DNA from: Vulcanimicrobiota bacterium
GTDB lineage: Bacteria > Vulcanimicrobiota > Vulcanimicrobiia > Vulcanimicrobiales > Vulcanimicrobiaceae
Assembly (NCBI GenBank): GCA_963695225.1
Contig: OY968762.1
Location: 1,248,001 to 1,312,000 of the forward strand
DNA: 64,000 nucleotides
Direction: 5' to 3'
Below the pieces are notes generated by a model. It saw only the letters and a program-made list of their open reading frames with translations. It did not search any database and was not told the DNA's origin. This document shows positions 1 to 9,789 of the stretch, in pieces. A program made the position numbers and the translations under genes. The first letter of the stretch is position 1. Every line of letters starts with the position of its first letter.

Positions 1-751
1 GTTCGGCGGGGTCGAGCCGCTCGACGATTCCCTCCGCGATCACCGCGACGCCGTGATCGTGCCCGCTTTCCTTGCGCTTGATCATCGCGCCGACGATCGT
101 GTCGACGACACGCGAGAGACGAACGCGCGGCATCGCGAACTCTTCGGGGATGATCGCGAGCGTCGCGCCGGCCGCCTTGCAGATTCCCAACGCGAGAGAA
201 CCCGACTTGCGTCCCATCGTCACCGCCAAGTACCAGCGTTCGGCGCTGCGCGCGTCCTCCATCAAGTTCTCGACGATGGCGGTTCCGACGGAACGCGCCG
301 TTTCGAAGCCGAACGTCGGCGCGTTATCCGGCAGCGGAAGATCGTTATCGATCGTCTTGGGGACCGTCACGACGCCGATCTCTCCGGCGGTCTTCGCCGC
401 GATTCGCGCGGCACCGTACGTCGTATCGTCGCCGCCGATGCAGATGAGATAGCGCAAACCGAGCGCGCGCAGCGATGCGACGCAGCGATCGAGCGTCGCT
501 TCGTCCTTCGCGGGATTCGTGCGCGACGTGCGTAGAATCGACCCGCCGGAACCGTGCGAACGCGCCACGTCGTCGATCGACAACTCCGCCACGTGCGATA
601 CGTCGCCGGCGGCGAGATGCATATACCCTTCGTAGATCCCGACGACGGTCAAGCCGCTGTTGATCGCTTCGATCGTTGCAGCCGCGATGACGCCGTTGAT
701 CCCCGGTGCCGGGCCTCCGCCGACGAGTATGCCAAGACGTTCCTTCGCCAC
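1..751 (-). CDS. 6-phosphofructokinase, probably PPi-dependent (3' end outside the window)
   Basis: Manual translation from GTG 751: MAKERLGILVGGGPAPGINGVI...GGSILRTSR...CIGGDDT...VPKTIDNDLP...TFGFETA...TMGRKSG; absent from the ORF track because it runs off the edge. Confidence 0.93.
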   Translation of the reverse strand, partial: MAKERLGILVGGGPAPGINGVIAAATIEAINSGLTVVGIYEGYMHLAAGDVSHVAELSIDDVARSHGSGGSILRTSRTNPAKDEATLDRCVASLRALGLRYLICIGGDDTTYGAARIAAKTAGEIGVVTVPKTIDNDLPLPDNAPTFGFETARSVGTAIVENLMEDARSAERWYLAVTMGRKSGSLALGICKAAGATLAIIPEEFAMPRVRLSRVVDTIVGAMIKRKESGHDHGVAVIAEGIVERLDPAE

Positions 752-1133
752 TATCCCTCAACCCTTCGCAGCATGGTGCGCCCCTGGAATACGCCGGGCC
801 CCCGCCCGTCTCCGTCCTATCCGGCGCATGTAATCCGGCACTTCGCGACCGTCGCAACGACGGAAAAATGTTGCACGCGCGCGCTCGATGCAAGCCATGC
901 TACATCGCTGCTCGCGCGCAAAGCGCACGGGCGCCGCCGCCGTCCCGGGTCCGCCGGACAAGCCGTGCGCTCCGCCGGGAAACCGGGCAGAACCCTGCCG
1001 CCGCCGTAGCGTCCGCACCCTTCCGGCCCCCCGCGATGCGCAACGACGCGGGTTTTCCGCCCACGGGGCGACGGCCGCTTTGGGCCCAAAGACCCGATAG
1101 GTGGCCGCCTCGAAAGCTGGAATTTCTGCTCGC

Positions 1134-1469
1134 ATGGAAGTCCGGCTCGTCCAGCTTCTCAGTTCCTTCATTTCGGCGACGAACGACTATACTTTGGCGC
1201 GGCTCGAATACGCGATGCGGCATTCGCGAGCGGCGGCGCCCCCGTTGATACCTCGCTTGACCGACGCGTCGGCGGCGACGCTGCGTGACGAGTGGCCCGC
1301 CGTCGCGGCAGCGCTCGAGCGCGCGTTGCGCTACGTTTCGGACGCGGACGACCGGCGCGGAAAACGGGCCGTCTACGATCAGACGTTCGCCGCGCTTTCA
1401 CGCTCCACGCGGGAACTAGAACAGTACGCGCGGGCCGTACGCTGGGTCCTGGGCGTCGACCGGACCTGA
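1134..1469 (+). CDS. Hypothetical alpha-helical protein
   Basis: ORF MEVRLVQLLSSF...VRWVLGVDRT with protein-like composition, lying in the gap between pfk and the next gene. Confidence 0.7.
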   Translation: MEVRLVQLLSSFISATNDYTLARLEYAMRHSRAAAPPLIPRLTDASAATLRDEWPAVAAALERALRYVSDADDRRGKRAVYDQTFAALSRSTRELEQYARAVRWVLGVDRT

Positions 1470-1507
1470 AAAACCCCGGCGTCAACCCTCCGGAAAAGGA
1501 ACCGTCA

Positions 1508-1879
1508 ATGACTTGGAACGAGACCCTCGAACGGCTCCTCGCGCAGTCGCGCGATCTGCAGCGTTCGATGAACGAGGCCATGAACAAGAGCGTCGAGCAG
1601 ATGCAGCCGCTGATGCGCGAGTCGCTCAAGAACGCGCAAGAGATCCAAGAAACGCTCCTCAAGCACGCCGGCGAGACCAGCCACGTCGCCGCCGAGCAAT
1701 CCAAGGTTGCGCTCGGTCATCTGCAGGAGTACATGAAGATCGGGACCGAGGCGATGCACCAAACGACCGAGCAAAGCCGAGCGGCCCTCGAGAAGATGAT
1801 CGAGCAGTCGCGCAAGGTTGCCGATGCGGCGAAGACGGCTATGGAGCAGGGACGAGGGGGCGGCTCGCCCCGTTCGTAG
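1508..1879 (+). CDS. Hypothetical amphipathic helical protein (phasin/apolipoprotein-like composition)
   Basis: SD GAAAAGGA before ATG 1508; Q/E/M/K/A-rich helical sequence. Confidence 0.8.
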   Translation: MTWNETLERLLAQSRDLQRSMNEAMNKSVEQMQPLMRESLKNAQEIQETLLKHAGETSHVAAEQSKVALGHLQEYMKIGTEAMHQTTEQSRAALEKMIEQSRKVADAAKTAMEQGRGGGSPRS

Positions 1880-4800
1880 CCGCGGGCTCTTCCGCGTAGA
1901 GCGAGACCTTCGCGAACCGTTCGAGCGCGCGCGGCCAATCGGCGAGGACCTCCCCCGCGCGCGCCGACCCCGTGGTGACGAAGTAACGCTCTAGGAGCGC
2001 GCGCATCCGGGCCACGTCGGAATCGGTGCTCCGGGCCGGCAGCAGGCGGCAGACGGTCGGGCCGAGCGAAAGCTTCGGTCCGGCCGAGAACGCTTCGGGG
2101 AGCGTGATGAAGACGACGCCGCCGCTCATTCCGCTCGCGAAATTCTTCCCGACGGGGCCGAGGATCACGGCCATCCCCGCGGTCATGTACTCGCAGGCGT
2201 GGTCGCCCGCGCCTTCCACGACGAGTTCGGCCCCGCTGTTGCGGACGCCGAAGCGCTCGCCGGCGCCGCCATGGATGAAGCCCTCGCCTCCGCGCGCTCC
2301 GTAGAAGCATGCATTCCCCGCGACCGGTTCGGCCGGGTTTCCGAAGCCGCGCACGACGATCCGCCCGCCTTCCATTCCCTTGCCGACGTAATCGTTCGCT
2401 TCGCCTGCCAGATCGAGCGTCATGCCGTGAGTGAGGAACGCGCCGAAGCTCTGCCCCGCCGATCCGCGGTAGCGGACGGCGACGGGCTCGACGGGTTGGC
2501 CGTTCGCACGGCGGAACGCGATCTCGTGCGCGATCCGCGCTCCGACCGCGCGATCCGTGGGGGAGATCGCGAGCGGAGGTACGGCGGCGGGATCCTTGCG
2601 CGCGGCCGACCAGGGGCGCGGCACGAGGTTGTCCAGGTGCGTCGATTCCAGCGCCGGCTTCTTGATCGCTGCGGCGCGCTCGGGGAGGCGCAGGAGCGCG
2701 TTGAGCTCTACGTTCGAGAACCAATCGTTGTCGAACTCGCGGCGGCGCAAGAGGTCCGAGCGCCCGCTCACGTCGTCGAGCGAGCGCGCGCCGAGCGCCG
2801 CGAGCCGCCTGCGCACGTCGCGGGCGACGAACATCAGATAGGAGATCGCTTCGTCGGCCGTGCCCTTGAACTTCTTGCGCAACGTCTCGTCCTGCGTCGC
2901 GATCCCGACCGGGCACGTGTTTTTGTGGCATTGCCGTGCGTAGATGCAACCGAGCGCGACCAGCAGCGCCGTTCCGAAACCGTATTCGTCGGCGCCGAGC
3001 ATCGCCGCGAGCACGACGTCGCGCCCGCTCTTGAACCCGCCGTCGACGCGCAGCTTCACGCGCGAGCGCAGGCCGTTCGCGAGGAGCGCGTGATGCGTCT
3101 CCACGAGGCCGAGTTCCCAGGGCAGGCCCGCATGTTTGATCGAGGAGAGCGGCGAGGCTCCGGTCCCGCCGTCGTGTCCGCTGATGTGGATGACGTCGGC
3201 ATCGGCCTTCGCCACGCCGCTCGCGACGTAGCCGATCCCGGACTGGCTCACGAGCTTGACGGCGATGCGCGCGTGGGGCGCGGCCCGGCGCAGATCGTAG
3301 ATGAGTTGTGCGAGATCTTCGATCGAGTAGATGTCGTGGTGCGGCGGCGGCGAGATCAACGGCTGGCCGGGCGTCGATCCGCGCAACGTCGCGATCTCGA
3401 GCGTGACCTTGTGGGCGGGGATCTGCCCGCCCTCGCCGGGCTTGCTCCCCTGCGCCATCTTGATCTCGATCTCGTCGGCGCTTTCGAGGTAGCTGACGGT
3501 GAGCCCGAAGCGGCCGGAAGCGACTTGCTTGATGCGGCTGCGCGCGACGCCGGCGGCCCGCGAGTAGCGCGCGGGGTCCTCGCCGCCTTCGCCGGAATTG
3601 CTCTTCGCGCCGATCGCGTTCGTCGCGACCGCGATCGTCGAATGGACTTCCGAGGCCAGCGCTCCCAGCGACATCGCCGCCGTCACGAAGCGCTGCACGA
3701 TCGAGCTGGCCGGCTCGACTTCGTCGAGCGGGACCGCGTCGCCGCGCATCGGCTTGGCGACGAGGAGATCGCGCAGCGTGACCGGATCGCGCGCCTCCAT
3801 CTCGTCGGAGAGCTTCTCGAACGCGCCGTAATCGCCGCGCATCGCGGTCGCGCGCAGATTCTTGATCACGTTCGGATCGAACGCGTGGTGGACGCCGTCG
3901 CGCCGGTATCGGAAGAGCCCGCGTTCCGGGAGCGGCGCGCCGGCTTCGCGCGAGGCGACATACCAGTCGCGCACATCCCGTTCGAGATCGTCGAACGAGA
4001 CCGTCGGAACGTGCGCGGCGATGCCTGGGAAACAGAGCTCGACGACGTCGCGACCGAGCCCGATCGATTCGAACGTTTGCGCGCCGACGTAGGAACGAAG
4101 CGTGCAGATGCCGAGTTTCGCGAGGATCTTGAGCAGGCCGTTGCGGAGCGCGGTCAGATACGCTTTGCCCTCGCCTCCGTCGCAGGCCGCGCGCAAACCG
4201 AGCCACGGCGTGACCACGTTCGCGCCGACGGCGATCAACGCCGCGATCGCGTGCGAATCGCGCGCGGTCCCGTCGGCAACCGCAATCGAAGCCTGCATGC
4301 GCAGGCCGCGCTGGGTGAGCCGCTGGTGGATCGCGCCCGCCGCGAGCAAACAGGGGACGGTGAGCGCGTCGGCCCGGTCGTCGAGCACGATCAACGTCGT
4401 GCCGGAACGCACGGCCCGCTCCGCCTCGTCGCAGATGCCCTCTAAGCGCCCTCGCAACGATTGACCTTCGAATTCGAGCGGGATCGAGCGCTGGAACATC
4501 CGCGCGTCGAAGCGCAGCGAATCGAAATCGAGTTCCGAGAGGATCGCGCTCTCGAGGACGGCGCACGCGTGCGGGGCGGGGACGTCTCCGTTGATGTCGC
4601 CGCTCCCGACGAACGTGCGCAGATCGAAGACGAGCGCTTCGCGGATCGGATCGATCGGCGGGTTCGTGACCTGCGCGAAACGCTCGCGCAAGTACTCCGC
4701 GACCGGAAGGCTGCGCTCGAAGAACGCGAGGGCGGCATCGTCGCCCATCGAAGACGTCGGCTCGCCCGCACCCGAGGCCATCAGGCCGATGACGTCCTTA

Positions 4801-6134
4801 CGCTCCTCCTTCGTGCACCCGAAACGAAGGAGATCGCGCTGCAGATCCGGCGCGGGGATGGGATCGACGGCATCCCTCATCGGGAAGGCCCAGGTCGCGG
4901 TCACCTCGCGGAAATCGGCGCGGTCGCGGCGCTCTTTATAGAACTGTGCGGTCTCGACGACCTCGCCGGAGGCGAACCGGACGATCAGGCGCCCGCCGGG
5001 GCCCAGGCGTCCGCGGCAGACGACCGGATCGTGGCCGAAATCGACGATCCCGGCCTCCGAGGAACACAGGACCTTGTTCGATGCCGTCCGGCACCAGCGC
5101 AGGGGGCGCAAACCGGCCCGGTCGAGCGCGGCTCCGATCGTGTCGCCGTCGGCGAACACGATCGCGGCCGGTCCGTCCCACGGTTCGACGGTCGTGATGT
5201 GCGCGTCGTAATAGGCGCGCAGCCGCGGATCGTCGGAGCCGATCGCGGGCGAGAGCATCAGATCGACCGCGTCGTCGACGCGGTAGCCGGCGCCGACCAT
5301 CGCGTCGACGGCGACGTTGAAATCGTGCGAGTCGCTCGAGCCGGGGACCGTCCGGATCCCGCGTGCGGCGAGCCACGTGCGGTTCCCGGTGATCGTGTTG
5401 ATCTCGCCGTTGTGGGCGATATGGCGGAACGGCTGCACCAGGCGCCACGCGGGCGACGAGTTCGTGCTGTAGCGCTGATGGAAGAGCGCGAAACGCGAGG
5501 CGAAGAGCGGGTCCCGCAGATCGTCGAAGTACGAGCCCAACTCGTCCGAAGAGAGCAGTCCCTTGTAGACGACCGAGGTCGCCGAGGCGCTGACGAGCGA
5601 GGCGGACCCGAACCCCGGAAGAGCCTTCTCGAGCAGCCGCGCGACGTTGCGCATGCGCTCGCGGACGTTCCCTGGGCCCATGTCGACGATCAACTGCTCG
5701 AAGGCGGGGCGCGTCAACCGAGCCTGCTCGCCGAGCATCGCGTCGTCGGTACCGGGGACGCGCCAACGCAGCGGGGTCACGTCCAGCAAGTGGACGATGT
5801 GTTCGATCTCGGCGCGCGCCGCCGCCGCGACGGCGGAATCGAGCGGCAGAAACACGACGATCGCGGCGAGATGGGCTGCCGGCGCGTGGAGATCGGCCTT
5901 TTCCAGTTCGCGCGCGAGAAGCTTGCGGGGGGTCTCGCAGAGGATCCCGGCACCGTCGCCCGTCCGTCCGTCAGCCGCCCGCGCACCGCGGTGCATCATC
6001 GCGGCTACGGCGTCGAGCGCGAGGCGGACCGTCTCGTGAGATGCCGGGCCGCCAAGGTCGGCAATGAAGCCGACGCCGCAGGCATCGTGCTCTTCGGGAA
6101 CCTGGACCTGGTGGGCTATCGTTCCAACCCTCAC
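1839..6134 (-). CDS. gltB: Glutamate synthase large subunit
   Basis: DACGVGF N-terminal amidotransferase, HQRYSTN, HNGEIN, EIKMAQGSKPGEGGQ, 3Fe-4S motif CIYARQCHKNTCPVG, C-terminal GXGXG repeats. Confidence 0.98.
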   Translation of the reverse strand: MRVGTIAHQVQVPEEHDACGVGFIADLGGPASHETVRLALDAVAAMMHRGARAADGRTGDGAGILCETPRKLLARELEKADLHAPAAHLAAIVVFLPLDSAVAAAARAEIEHIVHLLDVTPLRWRVPGTDDAMLGEQARLTRPAFEQLIVDMGPGNVRERMRNVARLLEKALPGFGSASLVSASATSVVYKGLLSSDELGSYFDDLRDPLFASRFALFHQRYSTNSSPAWRLVQPFRHIAHNGEINTITGNRTWLAARGIRTVPGSSDSHDFNVAVDAMVGAGYRVDDAVDLMLSPAIGSDDPRLRAYYDAHITTVEPWDGPAAIVFADGDTIGAALDRAGLRPLRWCRTASNKVLCSSEAGIVDFGHDPVVCRGRLGPGGRLIVRFASGEVVETAQFYKERRDRADFREVTATWAFPMRDAVDPIPAPDLQRDLLRFGCTKEERKDVIGLMASGAGEPTSSMGDDAALAFFERSLPVAEYLRERFAQVTNPPIDPIREALVFDLRTFVGSGDINGDVPAPHACAVLESAILSELDFDSLRFDARMFQRSIPLEFEGQSLRGRLEGICDEAERAVRSGTTLIVLDDRADALTVPCLLAAGAIHQRLTQRGLRMQASIAVADGTARDSHAIAALIAVGANVVTPWLGLRAACDGGEGKAYLTALRNGLLKILAKLGICTLRSYVGAQTFESIGLGRDVVELCFPGIAAHVPTVSFDDLERDVRDWYVASREAGAPLPERGLFRYRRDGVHHAFDPNVIKNLRATAMRGDYGAFEKLSDEMEARDPVTLRDLLVAKPMRGDAVPLDEVEPASSIVQRFVTAAMSLGALASEVHSTIAVATNAIGAKSNSGEGGEDPARYSRAAGVARSRIKQVASGRFGLTVSYLESADEIEIKMAQGSKPGEGGQIPAHKVTLEIATLRGSTPGQPLISPPPHHDIYSIEDLAQLIYDLRRAAPHARIAVKLVSQSGIGYVASGVAKADADVIHISGHDGGTGASPLSSIKHAGLPWELGLVETHHALLANGLRSRVKLRVDGGFKSGRDVVLAAMLGADEYGFGTALLVALGCIYARQCHKNTCPVGIATQDETLRKKFKGTADEAISYLMFVARDVRRRLAALGARSLDDVSGRSDLLRRREFDNDWFSNVELNALLRLPERAAAIKKPALESTHLDNLVPRPWSAARKDPAAVPPLAISPTDRAVGARIAHEIAFRRANGQPVEPVAVRYRGSAGQSFGAFLTHGMTLDLAGEANDYVGKGMEGGRIVVRGFGNPAEPVAGNACFYGARGGEGFIHGGAGERFGVRNSGAELVVEGAGDHACEYMTAGMAVILGPVGKNFASGMSGGVVFITLPEAFSAGPKLSLGPTVCRLLPARSTDSDVARMRALLERYFVTTGSARAGEVLADWPRALERFAKVSLYAEEPAATNGASRPLVPAP

Positions 6135-6379
6135 AACGGCAATCGAGGCCCGTGCGACCTCGGAGTTCGACTTTAGTACCTAACAAGCGGACCGTCATTC
6201 GCCAAATGTCGAATCAACGGTCGTCCACCCGCGACGGCGGATCCGACTTTTCTCGCGGACGGCACACCGCTCCGAATAATTCGACGCACCTAGGCGCGCA
6301 TGCTTCAGATATAGGCGAAAAGATCGGTCATCAATTCGCCGTTTGGCGGAAAACTTGTTTCGCGGACCGGCCTTGTGGC

Positions 6380-7537
6380 CTATCCGTGCAGACCGAGCGC
6401 CACCATCATCCGGTAGCCGACCTCGAGCGACCGCTCGTCGATATCGAAGCGCGCGTTGTGATGCGCGAACGAGGTCGCCTCGCCGCCCCGCGCCCCCACG
6501 ATGAAGTAAGCGCCGGGGCGAACCTCCTGCATGAAGGCCATGTCCTCCGCCCACATCACGATATCGTGTTCGACGACGTTCTCCGCACCGAGCGTCGCGC
6601 GGCCGACCTCGCGGACGATGTCGTTCATCCCCGCGTCGTTGATCGTCGGCGGGTACGACCAGTGATACGTCAACTCGTATTCGAAACGCATCGCTTCGCC
6701 GAGCCCCCTCAGGATTCGCTCCATGCGCTCCGGCATGCTCTTGCGCACCTCCGGATCGAAGGAGCGAACCGTACCTTGCATCACCGCGGAATCGGGGATC
6801 ACGTTGAACGTCGTCCCCGCGGTAAACTTGCCGACGGTGAACACGGCCGGGTCCTTCGGCGCGATCTCTCGGCTGACGATCGTCTGCAACAGCGTAACGA
6901 AATACGAGCCCGCGACGATCGGGTCGACCGCGCGGTCGGGCATCGCGCCGTGTCCGCCCTTCCCGCGAAGCGTGAGGTCGAACTCGTCCGCCGACGCGAA
7001 GAACGCGCGGTCCCGCACGCCGATCTTGCCGACGTCGAGCCCCGAGTAGAGATGCAGCGCGAACGTGCGCTCGACGTGCGGCCGCTCCAGCGCGCCGTCG
7101 TCGATCATCTGCCGGTTGCCCGCGTAACCTTCCTCGCCGGGCTGAAAGCAGAATACGAGCGTTCCGGGGACGTCGGCACGACGTTCCGCGAGCGTCCGTG
7201 CAACCGCGAGCAGAATCGCGACGTGTCCGTCGTGACCGCACGCGTGCATCACGCCGTCGCGAGTCGAGCGGTACGGCACCTGGATGAGTTCCTGGATCGG
7301 GAGCGCGTCCATATCCGCGCGCAGCAGCGTGACGGGCCCCGGACGGCCGCCGCGCAGGGTGCCGAGCACGCCGGTTTTTCCCACACATGTGCGAACTTCG
7401 TCGAGCTCGAGCTTGGCGAGTTCGTTCGCGACGAATGCCGCAGTCTCGTGTTCCACCATCGAAAGCTCGGGATGGGCATGCAGGAAACGGCGAACGCGGA
7501 CGAGGTCGTCGGTCGGGACTGGCGGCAGCACGATCAT
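6380..7537 (-). CDS. M20D family amidohydrolase
   Basis: RRFLHAHPELS, LRADMDALP, MHACGHDGH, FQPGEEG, GKGGHGA, AEDMAF, HHNARF; start taken at ATG 7537. Confidence 0.95.
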   Translation of the reverse strand: MIVLPPVPTDDLVRVRRFLHAHPELSMVEHETAAFVANELAKLELDEVRTCVGKTGVLGTLRGGRPGPVTLLRADMDALPIQELIQVPYRSTRDGVMHACGHDGHVAILLAVARTLAERRADVPGTLVFCFQPGEEGYAGNRQMIDDGALERPHVERTFALHLYSGLDVGKIGVRDRAFFASADEFDLTLRGKGGHGAMPDRAVDPIVAGSYFVTLLQTIVSREIAPKDPAVFTVGKFTAGTTFNVIPDSAVMQGTVRSFDPEVRKSMPERMERILRGLGEAMRFEYELTYHWSYPPTINDAGMNDIVREVGRATLGAENVVEHDIVMWAEDMAFMQEVRPGAYFIVGARGGEATSFAHHNARFDIDERSLEVGYRMMVALGLHG

Positions 7538-7724
7538 GCGTGCAACTTTCGGCTCCCGCAAGCGGTCTCTTCCTCTGCAACCCCGGCACAAGGAACCGCG
7601 ATGGTCCGCCGCCGAGAGAGGCTGACGCCGTTTCCGCTTATCGAAATCGGCTATCGGCCTCGTATACAGGAAAAGAAACTGCGCCCCCGCCATAGGAAGA
7701 CTCGCTCGACTCGTGAGGGTGGAA

Positions 7725-8768
7725 ATGGCAAAGACGCTTCCAACCGGTGTCCAAGGCAACGCAGATCCGCTCGATCGGCACGGACTCTCCGACGAACAAC
7801 TCCGCTGGCTTCTGCGCAATATGCTCGTGCAGCGCACGCTCGACAACCGCGGCTTCCAACTTAACCGCCAAGGGAAGATTCCGTTCGCGATGGGCAGCGA
7901 AGGGCACGAAGCGCTGCAGGCCGGCGCGGCGCTGGCGTTCGAGCGCGGAAAAGACGTGCTCGTTCCGTATTATCGCGACATGGGGCTCGCACTCGGCGTC
8001 GGTTACACGCCGTACGAAGCGCTGCTCGCGATGTTCGCGCGCGCCGCGGATCGCGCGGGCGGAAGGCAATTCCCGAATCATCCGGAGAGCCGCAGCCTCG
8101 GGATCCTCTCCGTGAGTTCGATCATCGCCGCGCACCTGCCGCACGCCGTCGGCGTCGCCTACGCGTTCAAGCATCGCAAGGAGTTCGATCGCGTCGTCCT
8201 CGCGACGTTCGGTGACGGATCGACGAGCGAAGGCGAGTGGCACGAATCGCTGAATTTCGCGGCGGTCCACAAGCTTCCGGTCGTGTTCCTCTGCGAAAAC
8301 AACGGCATCGCGATCTCCGTCCCACAGACGCAGCAAATGGCGATCGTCGACATCTACAAGCGCGCCGCCGGTTACGGAATTCCGGGCGTCGCCTGCGACG
8401 GGCTCGATCCGATCGCCACCTATGCCGCCGTCAAGCAAGCGTTCGATCGCGCGCGCGCCGGCGCCGGCCCGACGCTCGTCGAGGCGAAATGCTACCGGTA
8501 TCTCTCGCACTCGACGGACGACGACGATAGAACCTATCGGAGCCGCGAAGAGGTGCAACAGCATCGCAGAGCGCACGACCCCGTGCCGCACTTCGAAGCG
8601 CTGCTCGTCGAGCACGGCGTCATCGAAGCTCACGCGCTCGCCGCACTCAAGAAAGCCGTCCTCCAAGAGATCAACGAGGCAACCGATCGCGCGGAGGCGG
8701 CGCCCCTGCCTGCTCCCGGCGACCTCTACGCGAACGTGTACGAAGGAGGGCACGAGCCATGGCTCTAG
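7725..8768 (+). CDS. 2-oxoacid (probably branched-chain) dehydrogenase E1 alpha
   Basis: GHEALQAG, PYYRD, TPP-binding GDGSTSEGEWHE...ENNG, YRYLSHSTDDD. Confidence 0.95.
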   Translation: MAKTLPTGVQGNADPLDRHGLSDEQLRWLLRNMLVQRTLDNRGFQLNRQGKIPFAMGSEGHEALQAGAALAFERGKDVLVPYYRDMGLALGVGYTPYEALLAMFARAADRAGGRQFPNHPESRSLGILSVSSIIAAHLPHAVGVAYAFKHRKEFDRVVLATFGDGSTSEGEWHESLNFAAVHKLPVVFLCENNGIAISVPQTQQMAIVDIYKRAAGYGIPGVACDGLDPIATYAAVKQAFDRARAGAGPTLVEAKCYRYLSHSTDDDDRTYRSREEVQQHRRAHDPVPHFEALLVEHGVIEAHALAALKKAVLQEINEATDRAEAAPLPAPGDLYANVYEGGHEPWL

Positions 8769-9766
8769 CCGCACGTTCCCACACGGCGACGATGAACAAC
8801 GTCGAGGCCGTCCGCGCGGCGCTTCACGAGGCGCTCAAGCACGACGAACGGACGCTGATCCTCGGCGAAGACGTAGGCGCGCGCGGTAACGTCTTCTTGA
8901 TCACGAAGGGTTTTCTCGACGAGTTCGGGCCGGGGCGCGTGATCGATACGCCGCTCGCCGAGGCGTCGATCGTCGGCGTCGCGGTCGGCATGGCGATGGA
9001 GGGCTTGCGCCCGATCGCCGAGATACAGTTCGCCGACTTCATCTACCCGGCGTTCAATCAGATCGTCGGCGAGGCCGCGAAGACGCGCTATCGCTCGAAC
9101 GGCGACTACTCGTGTCCGCTCGTGATCCGCACGCCCTACGGCGGCGGCGTCCACGGCGCCCTCTCGCACTCCGTCTCGATCGAAGCGCTCTTCTATCACG
9201 TCCCCGGCCTCAAGATCGTCGCGCCGTCCTTCCCGGCCGACATCAAAGGGATGCTGGCAGCCGCGATCGAGGATCCCGACCCGGTGCTCTTCCTCGAGCA
9301 CAAGCGGACGTACCGGCTCTTCAAGGGCGACGTCCCGACGAAGCGCTACACGATCCCGCTCGGCAAGGCCGACGTCAAGCATCCGGGGACGCAGTTGACC
9401 GTCGTCTCGTACGGCCTCAACGTGCATCAAGCGCTCGACGCGGCGAAGCGTCTCGAGACCGAAGGACTTTCGATCGAGGTGATCGATCTGCGTTCGATCC
9501 GGCCGATGGACCGCACGACGATCCTCGAGAGCGTCCGCAAGACGCGCAAACTGCTGATCATCCACGAGGACAACAAGTTCGGCGGGATCGGCGCCGAGAT
9601 CAGCGCGATGGTCGTCGAAGACGCGTTCTTCGATCTCGACGCGCCGATCCGGCGGCTCTGCGGGCCCGACGTTCCGGCGATGGGGTACGCGCACACGCTC
9701 GAGGACGAGTTCATGATCTCTACCGAGCGCATGGCGGCGGCGATGCGCGAGTTGGTCGCATTCTAA
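8759..9766 (+). CDS. 2-oxoacid dehydrogenase E1 beta
   Basis: ILGEDVG, DTPLAEASIVG, AEIQFADFIYPA, GGGVHGALSHS, FLEHK. Confidence 0.95.
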   Translation: MALAARSHTATMNNVEAVRAALHEALKHDERTLILGEDVGARGNVFLITKGFLDEFGPGRVIDTPLAEASIVGVAVGMAMEGLRPIAEIQFADFIYPAFNQIVGEAAKTRYRSNGDYSCPLVIRTPYGGGVHGALSHSVSIEALFYHVPGLKIVAPSFPADIKGMLAAAIEDPDPVLFLEHKRTYRLFKGDVPTKRYTIPLGKADVKHPGTQLTVVSYGLNVHQALDAAKRLETEGLSIEVIDLRSIRPMDRTTILESVRKTRKLLIIHEDNKFGGIGAEISAMVVEDAFFDLDAPIRRLCGPDVPAMGYAHTLEDEFMISTERMAAAMRELVAF

Positions 9767-9789
9767 GTCTCGCGAGGGGGTGAGGGATC

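Noticed and set aside
970..1015. GGGAAACCGG...CTGCCGCC resembling a cobalamin riboswitch core
   Set aside because: Lacks GGTG/AAATCC and the B12 box, and no cobalamin-related gene lies downstream
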